DNA of 32,000 bases from Candidatus Nanoarchaeia archaeon (GTDB taxonomy: Archaea; Nanobdellota; Nanobdellia; CSSed11-243R1). The notes below the pieces were generated by a model. The model worked only from the letters and a program-made list of their open reading frames with translations, ran no database searches and had not been told where the DNA came from. The stretch covers positions 546,979 to 578,978 of the forward strand of contig JAQTNH010000001.1 of assembly GCA_028713895.1 (NCBI GenBank), in the 5' to 3' direction. Numbering within the stretch: the stretch's first letter is position 1; each line of letters begins with the position of its first letter. Position numbers and translations under genes: made by a program. Shown here piece after piece: positions 10,001-19,000 of this stretch.

Positions 10001-13000
10001 CGCCTCTCCGATATAAAATCCTGAGTCTATCTTGCTGGTTTCAATTCCGGTATAGTTGGACTCCACTATTGTGGGCGTATCCGCAGGGATAGTGACTGGG
10101 TCTATACAGCCAAGGTATACGGGCTCCCATATGTGCGGCGAACTGAATTTACAAAGGATAACCTTGCATGCGGTGTCATTTACCGACATGTTCATGCGGA
10201 ATGTAAACGGCGGATTGAACAAATAGGAATTCACAAAGCTGCAGTCGGCATTGGACCCACAAAATATTATCGGGTCTATGATGTTCAGCCCTGTGCTTAG
10301 GTTAACATCATAGGTGCGGGTATGCGGAATTCCATCGGTTGGCTCTTTCCTGATATAATGTGTTGTCCATATGTCAGTATCATATGTTCTATTCGTAAAC
10401 TCCCACAGATAGCCATAGAACCATACCTGGGCTGTTGTGGTATTGTTTGCGGTATCATAATTTGATTTCGAACATGTTATGTTAAACTTAACTGTGTCAT
10501 ACAAATCAAAAGTTGAGATGTTGCCTGTGTAATTCCCGCTGGATAAATTATAATCCAAGTCCAGGATTGCCGCCTGGCTGGAGGACTGATTATTCAGCAC
10601 AGAACAATTTGCGCCAAGTATCGGATTCCCAAGATTGTCCAAGTATCTTGCATTGAAATTTATGTAAATGTCATAGCCTGAACCTGGGGAACGTCCCTGT
10701 GGATATGTTTCATTGTCAGTGCTGAATGTCACTGTTGTTGGTATTGACTGGACTATGAAACTCTGGATTCCAGTCTGGTTCGGATTGCCTGCAGAATCAT
10801 TTGCCCAGAAATACCATGAAACATTTGTTCCTGCAGCAGCTGTGATTGCCGTAATGTTTTCGGAAACATTCGTTGTTCCGCTAAATGGAACAAAGCTTGA
10901 GTTGACCCAGGCGCCGCTCTGGTTGTTTGAGAAGATATAGCCAGTCAAATTGATATTGTCATTCCAGGTTGCGTTGAACTTAATTGTGTCATTCCAGTAA
11001 ACATTTGTTGCGTTTATTGACGCGTTGAACCACTGCGGTGCTGTTGCGTCAGCCGTGAAAATAACCGAATTCGTAAAGACTGTTCCTGCAGTGTTGTTTG
11101 CAGCGATATGCAGCGTGATAACTCCCTGCGCAACAATTATTGTTGTATTGCTGCAATCATAAGTCGTGTTTGTTGCCCAGCTGTCTGTTGAGTACCAGCA
11201 TGTATCTATGCCTGTACCTGCGATTGTTGTGTTAAGAATTATGCTGGTTGTGTTGTACACTGTACTGGACGGGGAGTTTATTGTAATTATTATAGTCCCA
11301 GTGCTAAGCGTAAGGTTCCTAGTTTCAGTGAAGTTGTAATTTCCAGCTTTGTCATAAACTGTTGCATTATAGTAATAAGCGCCGTCTGCAAGCCCTGTCC
11401 AGTTAATCATCGTCGGGTAAGATGTGTACGCTGTGCTGTTAACTAAAGTTGTGTTGTACAGGTAGTATGTGAAATTCTTCAGGTCGGACTCGTTAATGCT
11501 TACATTTGCGGCAATCCAGTTTAGATTAACAGTTATGCCTGAACTGTTTGTTGGGGCTGTGAATTGTATCTGCGGATAAGTTGTGTCCACATAAACAAAT
11601 CGCGTATCTGTCTGGTTGATGTTGCTTGTCGTGTCGTTTATCCAGGCTGAAAAGTTATAAGCGCCGTCTGAAAGCCCAGTCTTGTTTGACCAGTAGACAT
11701 CGCCTGCATTGTTGGCAAATGCTTCTGGAGTGCCGTTCCAGTATAACAGCACAGTGTCCTTGTTCAAATCAGCCGCGGTTGCATTAACCAGTATCCAATT
11801 TCGGTTATACCATGTATCATTCGCATCTGTTGAGGGGTTATAATAAACTTGTGGCTGTGTTGCTCCCAATACTATCGTATAATTGCCTTCGCTTGCCCAG
11901 ACAGGATTGCTTGAGGAGTCTTTGCCATAGCAGTTCCATATAAATGAGCCCTCGTAAGGCAGTGTGAACGTATAGTTGCTGCTGTTTGTTGTTCCGCTTA
12001 GCGAGGTTGTGTTTGCATAAATTTGCGAATTGGTGCTGTTCCAGATGTATAGCGTAAGGTTTGAAATCTGATAACTGTCAGTAATGTTGCATCTGAAAGT
12101 CTGGCTGGCACTATCTGTTATTGTGCTGTTTGCGGGTGAAATAAGATGCACGGCGGGTGCTGTTGTGTCTTGTATTGCAAAAGAACTTGTGTTTGATGCA
12201 CTGGTATAATTAGCATCTCCTGTGGTGTTGCATATGTAATTCCAGGCGCTTACATTAAGCAGGGTGGCTGTGCTATTCTCAGTCGCAGTCACATTAGTCC
12301 CGTTCCTGTAAAGCGCCCCGCCAATAGTGCATGAACAGTTAGCAGTCAATAGCGCCCCATATTCCTGCGGACTCGTCTTGTCAAAAGTAAGACTACATGT
12401 GGGCGTTGCCTGACTAACAGTCAGATTCCAAGCCATGCCTGTTGCATTGTCCAGATAATTTGCATTGCCGGTTGCATTTGCCTTGTAAACATATAATCCT
12501 GCACCAAATGTTGCAACTTCAGACTGGGGCGATGCTCCGCTTGCAACCTGTGTTCCGTTCCTGTACAAATAAGCAGTTCCAGCTGCTGCGCTTGCTGTTG
12601 CATTGCTTGCCTGTCCATAACTCTCTGTCAGGTTAGCTGCGCTTCCATTTAACAGAAGTGTTACTGGATTGGTTGCTTTGTCCATCACGAAAGTGCTTGA
12701 GTTTGATGCGTTCGTATAATTAGCATTTCCTGTTGTGTTGCACATGTAGTTATAAGTGCCAGCGCCGAGTGATATAGGATTACCATTCTCAGTGGAGTTT
12801 ACATCTGCCCCGTTTCTATAAAGCGTGGCAGCTCCAACAAAACATGAGCAAGTTGCAGTCAGGTCTGTTCCATAAGGCTTCGGAGATGTCTGGTCAAATA
12901 TAAGCGAACAGTTGTTTGCTTTGAGATTATTAATTGTAAAGTTTGATGAATAACCATATGAGCAAAGTGAATTATTGTCGCATGCCTCAACACGTATCAA

Positions 13001-16000
13001 GTAATCCCCGTTTGTTGCTGCTGTGCTGTTCCATCTGTATGAAAGATTAACCGAGTTATTGGACTGTATTGTCTGTGCAAATGTTAAGTTTGGATGGACG
13101 AGGGATATATTGTAATAAGCAATAGGATACTGATTTGGAGACAATGCTGCTGTGTAATTGATAGTGATATTTCCCGAGTAATAGCTTTCATTGGGCTGGT
13201 AAACATACGGCGGTGTCGGGGGCAAACCGCTTAAATTAAGCGTATCCAGTATGACTGGTGAACATTCTCCATTGCCCAGCGTGTCATTTGCACAAACATA
13301 ATAGTATAATATCTCTGTGCTGTTATACTGGTGCAGGTGTGCATCTACAGTTCCAGTCAGATTAGTCCATGCGCCACCTTTGTTTGTTGAGTTCTGGGTC
13401 GTGTCAGTTCTTGAAACATTTGTTATATAATATATATCCCAGCCCTGTACGCCGCTTCCTGTTGGGTCAAACATGAAATATGAAACAGGAGTCACTTTTA
13501 TTGTTCCTATCATCCCGTTTGTTACATTTATTGCAAAGATAGCTACATAGTGACTTGAATGGACAGAATGTGTGTGGTTATATGTTGTCGCTGCAGCTAA
13601 ACTGTAAAAGTTAGTACAAGTGCCAGCCTGTGCTGGAGCAGATGGATTTCCAGTTGTGTATGTTGAGTTACAGTACCATACTTTAAGCAGGGCTGATGTT
13701 GCTGACCTGTTCAATGCCATAAACTCAAAAAAGGAGTACTGTTTTGTATTGGATACATTAAAGAGCCTTAATTTGAGCAAGTCATTAGTTTTACTTGTTA
13801 GGTTGTATGTTGTATGCGGCGTTAATTCTATGCCCCCTTCGTTAAGGTTGTATGTTCCAGGGTATATCTGGTTGTCAAGCAACTGCCAAAGCCACATGTC
13901 TGATGTGTTTGAGGTCCAGTTCTTTGTCTGGTATCCGCAATAACCATCACTTCCATTAAAAGTTGTCCAGCAGTCAGATGTGCTTATATTTGTTTTGTAA
14001 TAAAGTGAAATTGAGCTTACATTTAATCCGTTTGCAGCAGTCAGATTATAAGTTATGTTCAGTGGCATACCTATGTTGCCAAAAGATGTCACATCAGCAG
14101 GTGTTTGGTTTATCCATGTTATATTTGGAGACTTAACTGTAAATGTCCAGTTAGATAACGCAAAAGAACACTGGCTTGAATTGTCGCAGGCATGACAATT
14201 CCATTTTATTGCGCCGTTTGACAGTCCTGTTCGTGCAAAAGTCGTGTTGTTGCCCGTGCCTGTTACGGTTGTTGTCCCGTTTGACTGCCATGTGCCGGAA
14301 TAGTTCCAATACAATGTTAAGTTTGCCAGCTGAGCAGTATCTGTTGCATTGCATATGAAGTTTGCGCTGTTCAGTGTTGTTACATTTCCGTTTGCTGGTG
14401 AAACCAAGTCTACAGTTGGTGCGGTGTCAGCAGCTGCACCACAGGCTCCGTCCCATTGGGTTCCATTAAGATAATATTTTTTCAATGTTGTGGCATTCGA
14501 AGAGTTTGAATAAGCAATTATGAATTTTCCCGGGCATATTTGCTGCCCTGTTACAGACTCCTTGCCCATGACACTCATTAATTTGTAATCTATGTTTTCT
14601 TCGCTATCAACAGTAAACGCGGCTATTTTTGTCCCATTTCCATAATAAGTTGCCGCTACAATATTTCCAGCAGTCGCATTATACCATGCCAATACAAAAG
14701 AGTCATTTGCATAATTTTCCGCCTTTACAGCAGCAACATCCAGCCAAGTGCCTGTAGTCGGCCCTGCATCCGGTTCGATTACTGTATTTGCGATTGATGC
14801 GGTTCCGTTTTTGTAGATTACTGTATAGCCCAAATCTTGGTCATTTGACAGATAAAATGCATAAACAAACTTGTCATTGTCAAGCCCAGCAACACTCAGC
14901 CTTGAATCGGTGCCTGCGGTTGGGTCAACATTTATCCTGGCAACAGCTTCAGCCCCTGTTCCGTCATATATGATAAACGCAAGGTCATTTACCCCCTGGT
15001 CCCACCATCCGTAAACAAATCGTGTGGAATTTATTGCAGAGACGCTTATGAAATCAACAAGAGCAGACGGAGTTGCAACTGTTGGGTCAACATCAATTAT
15101 CCCGGTCAGATTAGTTCCCGCATTATCAAAAATCTTAAATGAAGCATCCCCTTCAGAATCATCTGACCAGCCAACAACAAACCTGTTGCCCATCTGTGTA
15201 GCAGACAAATCAGTTATATGGCTGTCGCCTGTTGCTGCCGCAATGTTGTCATCAACAATAATATCACTTGTTAATTTTGCACCGCTGATATTATAAATTG
15301 CAAGAGTGATATTGCAAATATTAGCTGCTGTATCATGGTCATTTGTCCATGCAACAACAAAGTGCGTCTGGTTTATTGCTGAAACCGCTATTCTTGGATA
15401 AAGGGGGAGGTTTGCGGAATCAATAATCCCGTTTGAAATGACGGTTCCATTTGTGTTATAAACCTTGAAGTAAGCAATATTTGTGTCAGCCACATAAGCC
15501 ATAACAAAAGTAGTGTTGTCTATCGGAGTTGTGTCCAAATCCTTGGAGGAGTTTTGTGAAACAATTTCAGCAAACCCTGGATCCTCTGGCGTCAGTGTGA
15601 CGTTATACAGCTCACCAGGAGTTATTGACTTAATTGTTATCCATTCCCCCTCGCAGGTCTGGTTCGTGAAGTTCCAGTCTTTGCATTTCTGCAATATATT
15701 CCCCTTTGCGGTGACTGTAACATTTGCAATTGTGAAATTGATTGCAGTCGGGTCAATTGCATAAGTCTGGATGGCTTCCCCATTGTTAGCAGGCTCATCA
15801 ATGTTGACAATATTGGTAATGTTGGTGTCTATGTTGACGTCATCAAATACAATTTGTTTTATTGTGCTGTTTACAGGCTCTACAACAATGTCATATGTAC
15901 CTTTTTTGATTTTCTTTGAGTGAGAAACTCCAGTATCATTATAAACAACATCACCTTTTTTGTCTATCAATTTAAGCGTGTGATTAATAGGCTCTTTTTT

Positions 16001-19000
16001 TGAGTTTTCCACAGTCTCATTTAAAATCACACTTACAGGAGTGTTAAAGAAATCAACATCGTATAGTTCCCAGTATTCGCCGTTGCCGTTGTTTACTATC
16101 TTGAACTCAAACTTTGCAGCGCTTAAATTTCCTGCAGTGAAATTAAGCTCATTCCAGACAAGGTCATTGTAAGCTCCGGAGTATACCAGTTCCCATGCAT
16201 TGTCCTTGAAAACACTGATGTTAACCATGTCCATGTCAACGCCCTTTGCATAGAAGCGCAGCATGTCTGAATTTATTGAGGGCGTGATATTGAGTATTAT
16301 GGGGAAGCTCCAGTTACCGTCAGCGTCATTTAGGTTATGATAGCTCTTTGCTTTGGACTCAGAGTCAAGAACATCATCGTATGCACGCTCCTCCCAGGTC
16401 CATTCATTGTTTGGATCGGAATAACCATTCGGGGACAGCCAGCCATAGTCAGGTATTCTTGTTGTGAATTCAACATATGAGCCATTTGCAATTCCCTTGC
16501 TGTTGTTAGCCTGAGCTCTGTAGTAGTAGGTTGTGTTAAACTCCAAACCCGATAATATGTATGTGAAATTGCTTCCTGTGCTTCGCCTGTCAGACAGCCA
16601 TGCTGTTGTGTTTCCATAACTTGTTGTTAGCCCGTATTCAAAGCGCACATCGCATACTTCGCCTCCGTCAGAAGCCAGTGTGCCGTGCATAACTGCAGAT
16701 GTTTTCCCAACTGAAGTTGCATTGTTGGTTGTAACAACAGGCAGATATGATGCAGATTTGTTTGAGAACTGGAACTCATAAAGCCAGAATACTGTGCCGC
16801 TGGCACTATAGTGCCATCTGAAACGCGCTGCATTGACTGTAATATCAGTTCCATAGCCCATTTCATCCCAAGTGCTGTCAAGCATAGAGCCATTGCGGAT
16901 AGTCACCCATGAATTGCTGTTGGCATCAAAAACATCCACCTGTACTGCGTCTGTGTATCCATATCCATAGTCCGCGTATACCCTGACTTTGTCTGAAGTT
17001 ATGTTTTGGCTTAGGTTAAACGTAATAAAAGAACCCCATGTTGCGATTGACGAGCCTGATGCGTCAGACGCATAGGTCCCTGTATTGTCATCATAAGCTT
17101 TCTGCCCTTTTGTCCAGTTACCATCAGCTGTCCAGCTTGTCGGCACTAACCAGTTGCTGTCATGTATGTAATCAAACTCTATGTATGCACCAGGATTATT
17201 ATCTGCGTTTACAATCTTTAAGAGGAAAGTATCACTGTATCCTGTCATTCCGGATATTTCTATGTTGTACTGCATGTCTGTTGTTACTGTGATTTCTCCC
17301 ACGCGGACAGAACCCGTTTCATCATAGATTTCTACTTTCGTATTCAGCCCCTGCATGTTTCTGGGATACAGGTTTATTACGTTTCCATTCGTCATATCGT
17401 CGTCGAAGTACACCCGCACATATTCGTTGTGATATATCGGTTCGGACCAGATGAAATCGCGGGTTATTGTTTCGTTGAATATGTCTGATACAAAGTTCTT
17501 GTCTGCGTCCAGATGTTCAGCAGACAAGACATATATTTCCTTGAATGCGGGGTCCTCTGCAGTTAGCTCGAACGTGTATTCTTTCCCCGAATTTATTTTC
17601 TGAGCTAATATCCACTTGCCGTTGCATGCCTGTCCTTCAAAGCTCCAGTTGGCGCATTTGTAAAGAGCGTTCCCTTTTGCAGTGACTGTGACATCTGCGC
17701 TGGTGAAATTGATTGCAGTCGGGTCAATTGCATAGGTCTCAACGCTGCCTTCTGATTCAGGAGTGTCGTCAACTTTTATGAATCCTGTCTGGTTCTCGGA
17801 AACTATCATGTCGTGAATAATGATTCCAGTTATCGGGCCTTCCTGCAATTCGACAGTAACCTCATAAATTCCAGTGGGGATTGTTTCGTTGGCGCCCTCT
17901 TCAGAAGCTATTTCAAAGGACTGCACTGAAGATGTGCCAAACACATCTTCCTGCGCTTTTGGAGTGAACAACATTGTTGCATGGACAACTTCGCCGTTTG
18001 CATTGATTATTGTGTAGTTTGATAATGTAACATTTTCAGGAGGTGTTTGATTCAAAGTTTCGTTTGTTTCACTTTCGTTTGATATCTCTTCGGTTATATT
18101 TTGATTCTCAATAAGCGTGTAGTCAATTTCAGTTATTGTCACAGAAACATTTCCAGTGCTTACAAAATAAAGTGTATACGAACTCTGGTTAAGACTGTAT
18201 TCATCAAGCATACATGTTTCATCGCAAAGGAAGTTGAATGATTTGTAGATTACTTCCTGCTGAGCTTCTTCTGTTGTATTCTCCGAAACTGTTTCTTGTG
18301 CTGGGGCTTCTTCGACAGGAGTTTGTTCAGGGGAAGATATTTCTATTGTTTCAGAAGGTGTTCCAGTTTCTTCAGCTATTGCGCGCCCTTTTATTGCATA
18401 CGCTGTAATTCCAGATTTTTTAGTCGAAGCAAGTTCAGAAGTGTCGAGAATTAAAAGACGATTTCCAGAATTGTCTTCCAGATACATTGTAGTGTTGCCT
18501 TCGCCGATTGTGTAGCCTGAAATCATTACGGATTTAAGGGTTGTATTTTCATTGTAGTTCTGCATGTCCCAGCTGTAATTGTATTCATCAGAGCTAAATG
18601 TTAATTGTAACTCTTCTTTGTATTGGTGTTCCTGTCCAGAAAACATCCCTGTCATAATAAAAATGGGAGACAATGCAGCGCATAATATCAGGATTAACGA
18701 TGCATACATTAACAGTTTTGAATCTTTTTTTGGCGGTTCTGAAAGAGAAAACACAGGAGTCTTCGGCATTTTTGCACAGTCAACTTCGTTTAATACCACT
18801 GAATTTTTAAGATTAACAGAAAAGAAGCGTTTATTGTGCGCAGAAACTCTCTGGCTGACATAATTCTTTTCAATAAGCTCCTGCATGTACCTGTACGCAG
18901 GTTCGTAAGAGATTGAGAGCTTTTCCTGAATTTCGTTTAGCGTATGTTCCTTATTGGGTTCAACAAGCATAATTTTAAGAATATCCAGATGACTGCGGCT

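Noticed and set aside
5516-12910. Periodic repeats that might have been a CRISPR array or satellite
   Set aside because: The periodicity is at the protein-module level (~270-300 nt, diverged, in frame). There are no short identical direct repeats with unique spacers, and no cas genes.
13054-13062. Extra exact copy of AGTTATTGG, plus 8-of-9 matches at 4470-4477, 15621-15629, 18131-18138, 29943-29950 and 30200-30207
   Set aside because: They are isolated, in coding sequence rich in Asn codons (AAT AAC), and occur at about the frequency expected by chance. They are not counted as part of the promoter-proximal cluster.
4041-18863. About twenty short ORFs on both strands inside the giant gene (e.g. 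4383..4640, 5755..5988, 12421..12636, 13620..13943, 15024..15296, 16330..16893, 18579..18863)
   Set aside because: All are nested in or antisense to one continuous 14,994-nt frame whose product has coherent repeat and domain structure. They are alternative-frame noise.
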